Below, in pieces: positions 1 through 10,183 of a DNA stretch of 23,749 nt; positions within the stretch are counted from its first letter, which is position 1, and the number at the start of each line of letters is the position of its first letter. Under the pieces are notes generated by a model. The model was not told where the DNA came from and did not search any database. It saw nothing but the letters and a program-made list of their open reading frames with translations. The translations under genes and the position numbers were made by a program. This DNA is from Octopus sinensis (taxonomy: Eukaryota), in assembly GCF_006345805.1 (NCBI RefSeq), contig NW_021836548.1:1-23749 (forward strand), given 5' to 3'.

Positions 1-101
1 CGGAGTCGCTAAATTAAGTACCAGTGAAACACTGGGGTCGATGTAATCAACTAGTCCCCTCCCCCAAAATTTCAAGCTTCGTACCTTTAGCAGAAAGGAT
101 A
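1..101 (+). mobile_element. 3' half of a tRNA-derived SINE (family A, tail ending ...tagcagaaaggata); truncated by window start
   Basis: ggagtcgctaaattaagtaccagtgaaacactggggtcgatgtaatcaactagtcccctccccc aligns with the body and tail of the fuller copy at 422-640. Confidence 0.75.
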
Positions 102-102
102 A

Positions 103-420
103 GGCGCAGAAGTGGCTGTGTGGTAAGAAGCTTGCTTACCAGCCACATAGTTCTGGGTTCAGTCCCATTGCGTGGCACCTTGGCCAAGTTTTTTCTACTA
201 TAGCCTCAGGCCGACCAAAACCTTGTGCGTAGATTTGGTTGACTGAAAATGTGTATTTAAGTGTCTGTGTTTGTCCCCACATCCATCGTCAGCCAAAGAG
301 ACCGATAGAATAAGTACTAGGCTTACAAAGAATAAGTTCAGGGGTCGATTTGTTCGACTAAAGGCGGTGCTCCAGCATGACCGCAGTTAAATGACTGAAA
401 CAGGTAAAGGAATACAAGAA
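103..420 (+). mobile_element. tRNA-derived SINE (family B) with CORE-like central segment
   Basis: Pol III A box (tggctgtgtgg) and B box (gggttcagtcc); central ggcaccttggccaagt segment; a reverse-complement copy of the same family lies at 1783-2120. Confidence 0.8.
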
Positions 421-421
421 T

Positions 422-640
422 AAGGCGGTGAGCCCGCCTTAGCACGCCGGATAAAACGAAATGCTGAGCGCTATTTCGCCTGTTACGTTCTGAGTTCAAA
501 TTTCACCGAGGTTGATTTTGCCTTTCATCCTTTCGGGGTCGATGAAATAAATACCAGTTGAGTAATGGGGTCATTGTTTTAAACGACTAGTTCCCCTCCC
601 CCAAATTTCAGGCCCTGTGCATTAAGTAGAAAGGATAATA
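422..640 (+). mobile_element. tRNA-derived SINE (family A, gaaaggata tail)
   Basis: Head aaggcggtgagc, B-box-like gagttcaaat, body gttgattttgcctttcatcctttcggggtcgat; homologous to copies at 788, 9706, 21161 and 21402. Confidence 0.8.
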
Positions 641-644
641 ATTA

Positions 645-1070
645 AGTCGGCCGAGCGAGCAGAATCGTTTGCCGAATTTTTTAAAATGCTTTCCGGTATT
701 TTCGCCCATTTTTTCGTTCTGAGTTCAAATTCTTCCGAGGTCGACTTTTGCTTTCCATCCTCTTGGGGTCCGATAAAATAAGTACCCATTTCTTTACTAC
801 CCACAAGGGGCTAAACACAGAGGGAACAAACAAGGACAGACACACGGATTAAGTCGATTATATCGACCCCAGTGCGTAACTGGTACTTATTTAATCGACC
901 CCGAAAGGATGAAAGGCAAAGTCGACCTCGGCGGAATTTGAACTCAGAACGTAACGGCAGACGAAATGCGGCTACGCATTTCGCCCGGCGTGCTGACGTT
1001 TCTGGGGGTCGGTGTAATCAACATAACCCCCTCCCTCCGAAATTGTTGGCCATGTGCCAAAATTTGAAAG
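645..1070 (+). mobile_element. Family A SINE interrupted by a nested antisense SINE (parts 645-787 and about 999-1070)
   Basis: Body stops at ...aaaataagtaccc (787) and resumes as gtttctgggggtcggtgtaatcaac after 998; ends ...gtgccaaaatttgaaag followed by (TAG)n. Confidence 0.65.
788..998 (-). mobile_element. 5'-truncated family A SINE with the LINE-like tail (...tttagccccttgtgggtagtaaagaaat)
   Basis: Reverse complement is nearly identical to 21421-21633. Confidence 0.85.
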
Positions 1071-1074
1071 CAGC

Positions 1075-1138
<64 letters not shown>
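1075..1138. repeat. (AGT)n microsatellite, probably the expanded tail of the preceding SINE
   Basis: About 21 perfect agt units directly after the SINE 3' end; source of the poly-Val ORF. Confidence 0.95.
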
Positions 1139-1436
1139 TCTGCAACCAAACTGATCAATGATATTAATGTCTAAATTTGATGGAGGCGAAATCAGAACTT
1201 AGCAATTTGAGACAGATTGTAGCCTCGTCGTTTGTTATCTGTAGAATGCAGGATGTAAATGGCTGGAGGGAAGAGAGCCAAAGAAAGAATAATTGAGAAA
1301 AAGGGGAGAGACGATGAGAGAGGAGAAGCAAGGAAAGATAAATCTGTTGCACAGAACCTAGACATAACAAGGGATGTGGATGGATGAGGAATTATGACAA
1401 ACAAAAGTTGACGTCATCTGGTCTCTACGTCCGTTT

Positions 1437-1711
1437 CATCGTTGTGGTTGCTTGGAACTCCCGCTGAGCACTCCACAGACACGTGTACCCTTAACGTAGT
1501 TCTCATGGCCATTCGACGCGACATAGAATGTGACGTGGCTGCCCCCCCCCCCCCTTGAATTACTGGTACAGCTCATTTTTGCCAGCTGAGTGAACAGGAG
1601 CATAGTAAAATAAAGTGTCTTGCTCAAGGATACAACGCGCCGTCGCGAACCGAACTCACGACTTTATGATCGTGAGCCGAATACACTAACCCCAAAGCCA
1701 TGCGCCCTCAC
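1437..1711 (-). mobile_element. tRNA-derived SINE (family C)
   Basis: Minus strand begins gtgagggcgcatggctttggggttag (A-box-like), then gagttcggttc (B-box-like), then gttgtatccttgagcaagacactt, a CORE/V-type central motif. Confidence 0.7.
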
Positions 1712-1782
1712 CATGTTTTTTTACAGAGTTGATTAAAATCTTTAGATCTTTTACGTGGCACAGAGGGTGTTTTATGTTGTAT

Positions 1783-2120
1783 CTTTTTATTGCTTCAGTC
1801 ATTGAACTGCGGTCATGCTGGGGCACTGCTTTGAACAATTCGCATCCAGTACTTATTCTGAAACTCTGGTGATTATTTTATCAGTCTCTTTTGCCGAACC
1901 GACAAGTTACGAGAACGTAAACAAACATAATATATATATATGAACTGCATGGAAACCCGTCGTATATATATATATATATACGTGTGTGTGTGTACGACTG
2001 GTTTCCATGCAGTTTCAAATTTGCTCAAAAAGCGTTGGTCGGCCTGGCACTATAGTAAGGGAGACTTGTCGAAGGTACCGCACAGAGGAATAGAACCTCA
2101 AACCACGTATATTTGGGTAT
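1783..2120 (-). mobile_element. Degenerate family B SINE with internal microsatellite and local foldback
   Basis: ttcagtcattgaactgcggtcatgctggggcac and gttggtcggcctggcactatagt are reverse complements of 103-420 segments. Confidence 0.7.
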
Positions 2121-2174
2121 GTGGTATATGTGTGTGTGTGTGTGTTATTTATATATGCGTGGACAGAGAGTAAC

Positions 2175-2272
2175 GAAGAAGAAGAAGAAGAAGAAGAAGA
2201 AGAAGAAGAAGAAGAAGAAGAAGAAGAAGAAGAAGAGAAGAAGAGAAGAAGAAGAAGAAGAAGAAGAAGAAG
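2175..2272. repeat. (GAA)n microsatellite in a purine-rich tract
   Basis: About 30 gaa units with two interruptions. Confidence 0.95.
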
Positions 2273-2556
2273 GGAAAGAAAAAAGAGGAAGTAGAAAGTA
2301 AAGCAGGAGGAAAATGAAGAAGAGGATGAAGAGTAGGGGAAGGGAGTAAAAAAACCGGGGTCTGACGAGGCAAAGTTTCCGTTGATGTGTTGTTGTTAGT
2401 AACGACACCCACGGATGCTGGTCCCATCAAACAGATATTTAGGTGTCACCCTAACAATTATCATCACCCACCACCACCACCACCACCACCACCATTTAAC
2501 AAAGATCTTCTCGATTCCACGAGGATCGGTGTGTAAGGCTCCAGAGTACTATGTGC

Positions 2557-2575
2557 GGGTGGGCGGGTGGGTGGG
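2557..2575 (+). other. Canonical G-quadruplex-forming motif
   Basis: gggtgggcgggtgggtggg: five G3 tracts with 1-nt loops. Confidence 0.6.
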
Positions 2576-3102
2576 TGTGATGAAATGTGTCTCTTTAATG
2601 GTTAAATAACGACCAGGTGTGAAAAGCTGGATCGAATGCTCGAGAAAATAAATACCTGTGAATGATTACAAGGCATTGGTTACAAGTAAAAGCTTGTCCC
2701 CTTTTCATGAAACCCGTTCGACCGTGAAGCCTCCACCCTCATCCTCCACCCGCTTCTTTGTTCCAAGTGTTGACCTTTGCTGGCTGTTGCTGCTGTTTGT
2801 TGAGTCGGGTGGAGGTTTTGTTTTTTTGCTTTTTTTTTTCATTTTTTTATTTTTGTTTTTGCTTTTCGTTTTTTTTTTATATTGTTGTAAATATAAACAG
2901 AATCTAGGGGTAGAAATGTTGGTGCATGTAAAATAACACCACCACCCCCGCTCTCGCTCTCTGTCCCTTCCTCCTATCTATCTCTTTTCTCTCTCTCACT
3001 CTTCCTCTTCTTTTCGCTGTATACACACACACACATATATATACATGTATACACAGTCACACACACATGCACACATACACACGCGCTCACATACACACAT
3101 TC

Positions 3103-3140
<38 letters not shown>

Positions 3141-4211
3141 TTCTTTATTGGCCACACAGGGCTGAACACAGAGGGGACAAAATACAAAGTAGAGCTTTTC
3201 TTTTTGGAAAGAGAAGGAGAAAAAAGGAAAGGGAGTAGAAATTCGATCAAAAGGGGTCGTTAAAAAGAAAGCCGATCGATAGGGATCGTGTATCACAGAA
3301 ATGTCATGATGTAGAAAGGGGGAAACAGATTAGGTTTGTCCGTGGAAAGAAAACCCTACGGAAAAAAACCATGCTAACCTTGAACAATAATATCATGCAA
3401 AAAAAACGCATTACAATAAGTGACTCTCTTTTTTTCCTTTCTTTCTTTCTTTTTAATTTTTTTTTTTTTTGGTTCATAGGATTATGCTCAAGAGGGCTTC
3501 GTCAATCACACGTGCCATCCTTGCTACATTCACCCATCTTTTTTTGAAACATTCGCTAGACAAAACTTCCCTCCCTACTCTCACCTTCCTTGATACTTGA
3601 AGAAGTTGATGACAGATTCACCAGAGGAAAGTGTTTGTCTCTTGACCTTTCGGACACGTCCACCATACACATTCTTTCGCCATAGCCACAAGTACGATGA
3701 AAATGGCTCTTCCTTCCCGTTTCAAGGAAGGAGGCCTGACAATATTCATGATAGACTCTCACACACGATAGCAGTCGTTCGACATAGGCCCACAGGTCAG
3801 AAATGGTTGGATACTCTACGAGTGCATGCAGAACGGTTTCGTCGCTCTGACCGCATCTCCGGCAGATCGGCCCCGTGTTTCTCGCGCCGTGTCTGTAGAG
3901 CTTATCCCGAACGGGTAGTGCTTCTCGGTAGCACTGCCAGGTCAGGGATCTCTGGAAGTTGTCCATAGGTCTCGGCACCAAAGTCGTCTTGAAAGGCGGG
4001 TCTTGTATTCCTCGTCGACGCCCAGCTTCGCCCCGAGATCGTCGTCGTACCTCCCCTCCATTAATTCCCTATAGAATGCTTTGGTTGTGTTGAAGTCACT
4101 CAAGGTCGACCCGGGACGGCATAGTTGCTTGAGAGCAACGCGACACTCGCGGTGCCATTCGCCCTTCCTCGGCCTCTTTTTGATCCAAGACGTTTGGCGC
4201 GGAGTGGGGGC
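3141..4211 (-). mobile_element. 5'-truncated L1/Tx1-type non-LTR retrotransposon: ORF2 C-terminus (frameshifted) and 3' UTR
   Basis: Minus-strand frames read WIKKRPRKGEWHRECRVALKQLCRPGSTLSDFNTTKAFYRELMEGRYDDDLG..., then RPMDNFQRSLTWQCYREALPVRDKLYRHG...CRRCGQSDETVLHALVEY (zf-RVT-type C-x2-C-x8-H-x4-C, last Cys changed to Tyr). 3' UTR ends ...ccaataaagaa next to (CA)n. Confidence 0.8.
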
Positions 4212-5004
4212 TGGAATGCTTTCACTTCATTTAAATACAGCATGGAAGAATTAAATAATGATCATCTGCACAGTTTCAAAGTTGGTGGCAACTGGCCAAT
4301 GGGAGCAACTGGTGCAACTGATAACATATCATTGTGTTTGTCTAGAGACCGTGATGCAGGGCAAACATCTGAAATGATGCTTTATAGTCCCGGACACACA
4401 CCAAATTGATGACACTACGAAGGGAGGAGATCCTTTGGGCCTCAGCGGTAATCTCTTGCATTGGCGGTAGTTTTTTTTTAATCTTGTTCTGAGCTTGAAA
4501 TGCCAGAGAGCCGATGACACTCCAATAATGTGTATAGGTGCTAAGCGTGTGTGTGCGTGTGTGTGTGTGTGGTGTGTGTGTGTGTGTGGCAAGGAGAACG
4601 AGAGAGTATGTCTGATGCGTATGTAAATCTTTGTCAAACAAAAGGATGCCCGCCCAGCATCTGTAACTAGCGAGTAAAACTGGGTGGTACAAACCGCCAA
4701 CAAAGGGTCAAATCGTTTTGTTATGGTAGTTGGGGTATTTCATAAACCTACGGCAATGAAATACTGACGCTTCTCTAGTTTCAAGCCCACTGAAAAATAA
4801 GTATAAACGGGAACGGTCCCGGTTTTCTGACTCTCCTCATGTGAGTGCGTTCTTTATCTTCGTTCATTCCTGATTTCTGGAACATCTTAGAGTCACAGAC
4901 CGTGGACATTCTCATCACGTTACGGCGGTGAGGGTTAGCACATATCTGCGACAATAGAATGCCAACACTTGTGTAGTTTCAGACGGAAGGAGGTTTTAAA
5001 ATGA

Positions 5005-5082
5005 GCGGAAGTAGTTAGTTTTCTGCAACCATCACGTGACGGCATGTCTTGGTGAAGTGTAGTGCAATCATCCAATGACGTC
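5005..5082. promoter_or_regulatory. Promoter-like motif cluster (ETS, extended E-box, CCAAT, CRE-like)
   Basis: gcggaagt 5005-5012; atcacgtgac 5031-5040; ccaat 5072-5076 overlapping tgacgtc 5076-5082; lies in a repeat-free stretch. Confidence 0.3.
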
Positions 5083-5422
5083 CCCTTTATGGTAGCAATG
5101 GGGATGTCACACATTTGCTACATAGAAACGCTGCCCCTTCCGTAGCTTCAGGCCCACGAAAAGTGCAGAACAGAAGGGATCATTTGCTATTCACTGGTCC
5201 CCATAATGGAGGCATCCTATGGGCAAGTGACGAACGGATGAAATCAATGTAGTTGTTGATTGATTTACTGGTTATTTTATCGATCACCAATGAACGAACA
5301 GGAGGGTCTTTACGCGTTTCTTCTTTTTTCAACATTTCTTCCTCAATTTCCTCTTTTATATATTTATTTATTTATTTATTTGGTAGTTGCTGCGTCATCG
5401 TTTAATCTGGCGGACAATCGTT

Positions 5423-5684
5423 CATATATATATTATATATATATATATATATATAATATTATATATACATATATATATATAAATATATATATATACATAT
5501 ATATATATAAATATATATTATATATATATACATATATATATATATAAATATATATATACATATATATATATATATAAATATATATATATACATATATATA
5601 TATATACATATATACATATATATATATACATTATATATATATATTCATATATACATATATATATATATATATTCATATATACAT
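5423..5684. repeat. Compound (TA)n microsatellite
   Basis: TA repeat with taca, taaa and attc variants. Confidence 0.95.
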
Positions 5685-6476
5685 AGGTGAAACTCTCGCG
5701 GCGTCCAACAACATCAGAGATTTGGGAGTAATTGTGGACAACAACGTAAGCTGGGCCACTCATATAAACACCAAAGTTGACATGGCCCGCAGAATGTGTT
5801 CCTGGATTCTCAGAACTTTCCAGTCGAGAGATATCCACACCATTATCCTTCTCTTCTCCACTTTTGCAGAACCCCACCTTGAATACTGTTCTCCACTGTG
5901 GTCTCCCCACACAATACAAGGTATCATAAAAGTTGAAGCACCTCAAAGGGCAATCACAAAAAAGATAGATGGCATGACAGGCCTCGACTATTGGGGTCGG
6001 CTAGAAAAGCTAAAACTCTATTCTCTCCAACGTCGTCGTGAGCGCTACATCATCTGCATGATGTGGAAAATATTCCATCAGCATTGCCCAAATGATGTTG
6101 GCATCACCTTTAAGGTACATCCAAGGCTTGGGCCCCGTGCCATCCGCCCAAAACAAAAATCGCACTCTCATCTCATCACAACAATACGGCACAATTATTT
6201 CACCTCAATTGGCCCCGCTCTTTTTAACATTACACCAAAACACATTAAAACAGAAACTGACCCTATAGGGTTCAAGAAGTCTTTGGACAGATTCCTTCAA
6301 GAAATCCCGGATAAACCCCCTACACCCGGATATGTCTCTGTAAACAATAACTCTCTACTTGAGTGAGCCATAGTGCCCAAATTCTGACTTGAAAGACTTC
6401 ACCAGGTGGTGCTATTAAGTTAGACATGGCCGGGCCAATAATGGCCGAAACCTATCAAAGTATCAAAGTATCAAAG
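5685..6476 (+). mobile_element. CR1-clade LINE 3' fragment (RT C-terminus, 3' UTR, terminal (TATCAAAG)3)
   Basis: Uninterrupted frame RDLGVIVDNNVSWATHIN...PHLEYCSPLWSP...LEKLKLYSLQRRRERY (ORF 5722-6366) is typical of CR1-group RT C-termini; 8-bp tandem tail at 6453-6476. Confidence 0.9.
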
Positions 6477-6578
6477 TATATATAATAATATAATACATAT
6501 ATATATAATATAAATATATATATATTTACAATATATATATAAATATATATATTATATACATATATATATACATATATC

Positions 6579-6610
<32 letters not shown>

Positions 6611-6905
6611 TCATATATACATATATATATACATATATATATTCATATATACATATATATATATATATATTCATATATACATATATATATATGTATGCAT
6701 GTATGTATGTATGTATGTATGTATGTATGTTGTATGTATATATGTGTGTATGTATGTATGTATATATGTATGTGCATATATGTTATTATTCAGTTTTATT
6801 TCAAGATTTCTTGCCAATAGAGAAAGAGCCAGTTCTTAACCAAGGTTCCTTCGTTGGTATTTCAATAACATCAACAGGGTATTTTTGTATGTATGTATGT
6901 GTGTG

Positions 6906-6937
<32 letters not shown>

Positions 6938-7224
6938 TGTATGTATGTATGTATGTATGTATGTATGTATGTATGTATGTATTTATGTATGTATGTATGT
7001 ATGTATGTGTGTATGTGTGTCTATATGTATGTATGTATGTGTGTATGGATGGATGGATGGATGGATAGATGCGTGCATATAGGTATTCTCATGCATGTCT
7101 AGATGTGCTCGTATATATTTAAATCATAAACTTCTGGAAAGCTAGTTCCAGCGATGGATTGGATCTGTAGTCTTCGAATTAGCTTTCTCCATTCTGGATT
7201 TGAGAAGCCCTAATGGTATGTATG

Positions 7225-7256
<32 letters not shown>

Positions 7257-7620
7257 TGTATGTATGTATGTATGTATGTATATGTATGTTTGTACGTATG
7301 TATGTATGTATGTTTGTATGTATGTATGTATCCATGTACGTATGTATGTATGTATGTACGTATGTATGTATCCATGTACGTATGTATGTATGTATGTATC
7401 CATGTATGTATGTATGTATGTATGTATGTATGTATGTATGTGTGTATGTATGTACGTATGTATGCTTGTATGCATGTGAGTTATGCATCGATATTTGGTT
7501 ATGTATGCATAGATGTATATGTGTGTGTTTGTGTGTATGTATTTGTATGTATGCACGTATATTATGTATATACGGATGTAGATAACAATCATGTATAGAT
7601 GTGTGAGTGTATAAATATAA

Positions 7621-7651
<31 letters not shown>

Positions 7652-7745
7652 ATATATATATATTATACATATATATATATATATTTACACATATTTACAT
7701 ACATGTATTTATGTATGTAATGGGTGTGTGCGTGTGTGTATGTGT
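6477..7745. repeat. Compound (TA)n/(TATG)n/(GGAT)n microsatellite field with short unique inserts at about 6781-6886 and 7076-7216
   Basis: Direct reading; source of all YVCM/IHTY ORFs. Confidence 0.9.
6786..6886 (-). mobile_element. Possible retroposon 3' terminus embedded in (TATG)n
   Basis: Minus strand ends ...aagaaatcttgaaataaaactgaataataa (AATAAA plus TAA units) and runs into an (ATAC)n-type tract; no partner copy in the window. Confidence 0.3.
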
Positions 7746-8189
7746 GCTTTAAATTGCGTCCGGTTGTTGGGCCCTGGTACGAGAGTTCCAGGGTTTTTAG
7801 GAATGTGGAACCATTTTTTAGCCACTATTGTTCCCAGGTCAACTCTGACCCGGAGTAGCAGACTCTGTCAGGGTCCCAGCTATGGATGAATTAGCATGTG
7901 AACCACTGGAAGTGAAGGGCCCTTAGTTCCGGTTAGAACTTCCTTCTAGGGGAAGGTAAGCTCGTATATAAGTGCAGTCGGTTCCTGGTCGTCTCGACCT
8001 GTCTTGTGTTTCTGGTTTTATAATTGGTTCCCCTGAAAAGTGGGTTCTGTGCTGTGCAACATTTTATCCACTCAAAACAAATTCAATGACAGGAATTTCT
8101 TGGACTCTTGGAACGTTTGCACAGACTTACTGAGTTTAGGAAGTGGTCTTATTCGGTTAGGATTTGATTTCCACCTTGTGTGTATGTAT

Positions 8190-8475
8190 ATTTACATATA
8201 CGTAAATGTAGAAATATATATAAACAAATATATATATATATATATATATGTATGTTTTTCAGGATATTGTGTGTATAGGTATGTATTGTATATGTATATG
8301 CGTATATATGTATATGTGTTATATACATATACTTATATATATTATATATAATATAATATATTATATATATATATAATATAATATATTATATATATTGTAG
8401 AAATTAATACATGTATATAATGTAGATAAGGATATAATAAACATCTATAGATAGATAGGTAGGTAGGTAGGTAGG

Positions 8476-8555
<80 letters not shown>

Positions 8556-9091
8556 CATATACAAATATATAAAAATATGTGCATATATATACATTGTACA
8601 TATATACATAAATATATGTGTGTGTGTCTGTGTGTGTGTGTGTGTGTGTGTTAAGCGAATAATTCATTAAACGGAGTTCAGTAAATGTGATCAGATAAAA
8701 TGAGATGAAGCAGATTTTGATACATTCAAACGAATATGGTAAGAAATTCGTAAATAACGTATGACAGAAAGACATCGGAGACCGAGGGAATAATCGGCTT
8801 GGCGGAGGATGTAAATTTTCGTCCGGATAAATATTATACACACACACACACACACATATATATATGTGTGTGCATATATGCATATACACATAAATATATT
8901 GTACATGTATATATAACTATGTATATATGTATGTATGAGTGTGCATATATGTATATCTGCATAAATATATTGTACATGCATATGTATATATGTGTGTGTG
9001 TATGTTTGTATGCATAAATACATGGTACATGTATTTATAAATATGTATATATATATATATATACATATATATACATACATACATACATACA

Positions 9092-9122
<31 letters not shown>

Positions 9123-9236
9123 GTGTGTGTATATCGGCATGTATATATATATACGTATATACGTATGCATATATATATATATGTATGTATGTATGTGCGT
9201 GTATGTATGTATGTGTATATATATGTATGTATATAA
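8190..9236. repeat. Mixed (TA)n, (AGGT)n/(AGAT)n, (GT)n and (CATA)n microsatellites with a unique insert at about 8650-8835
   Basis: Direct reading; (AGAT)n at about 8447-8555. Confidence 0.9.
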
Positions 9237-9237
9237 A

Positions 9238-9297
9238 CTTAGATATGTTTCGACCAAAGATTGGTCCAGGCCATGTCTAACTTAATAGCACCACCTG
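9238..9297 (-). mobile_element. Short 3'-terminal fragment of the same CR1-clade LINE family (or a SINE using its tail)
   Basis: Reverse complement caggtggtgctattaagttagacatggcc is identical to 6403-6431 over 29 nt and stays similar to the end (gaaacatatctaag vs gaaacctatcaaag). Confidence 0.75.
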
Positions 9298-9705
9298 ATA
9301 GGATTATTCGAATCCTGTTTATATATATATATATATATATATATATGGACGTGTGTGTGTCTTTATAAGTGTATAATGTATATATAGCCGTGCGTGTGTC
9401 TTCGTGGCATCTTTGAAGACGGAGATGCCGAAATAGGGCAAGAAGTGACTCTTGCAGAGATGAAAATAATCTAATTATCGTAAAATTGAGTGACTTAAGA
9501 GAACTAAAGGACCGTGACAAGTTATACATGATGGACGGGTTGTGTTTGAAATATAACAGTTTGTTTTGTGCGGGCGTTGTAAGGGTGTACATAAGAATTA
9601 TAACTCTATAGCAGTAATGATACAGCATAGTGTGGATGTAGTGTAATGTTAGGAAATAGTTTAAATATAACTGATATAAAGTAGTATGGTATTAGTCGTG
9701 GAAGG

Positions 9706-9880
9706 AAGACGGTGAACTGGCGGAATCATAAGCACCCCGGTTATTAATGCTTAGTGGTGTTTTGTAGTCTTTACATTCTGAGTTCAAATTCTGCCGATGT
9801 CGCCTTTTCCTTTTATCTTTTCGGAGTCGATAAAATATGTAACATTTGAGCACCGGGACCGAAGTAAACGACCTACTCCC
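9706..9880 (+). mobile_element. Old degenerate family A SINE
   Basis: gaagacggtgaactggcggaatc...ttctgagttcaaattctgccgatgtcg...ttttcggagtcgataaaata aligns with the 21161 copy. Confidence 0.65.
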
Positions 9881-10140
9881 TATTTGAAGTCGATATTATT
9901 TGTCAGAGATAGACTGAAGAAAAGGGTTTGTTAGAGACGGAAAATATTGGCTTATAAACATCAGAGTTATTTTGTAGAATGAAAAATGCATTTATATAAG
10001 GATTGAATCTCTATTTCACAGTATTTCACCTTTTGTCGATTGTTAAACGAAATACAAACTATCGCACCGTTTTAAGAGGACAGACATCGGTCGTTATGAT
10101 GCTCCTGCCTTGCTTGTTTCCTTCTTTCTTTTTTTTTCCT

Positions 10141-10183
<43 letters not shown>

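Noticed and set aside
102-1711. tRNA-like A/B boxes at SINE heads as real tRNA genes
   Set aside because: No complete cloverleaf; each continues into a shared SINE body and tail.
8705-8745. Possible 25-nt plus-strand exon (gaagcag...atatg|gtaaga)
   Set aside because: Good donor but no polypyrimidine tract before the AG.
9241-9262. agatatgttt resembles the 5' end of miR-190
   Set aside because: The match stops after 10 nt and the segment is explained as the antisense CR1 tail.
9398-9475. Short frame LRGIFEDGDAEIGQEVTLAEMKII and hairpin ggcatct/agatgcc
   Set aside because: No convincing splice sites or family match; length within chance expectation.
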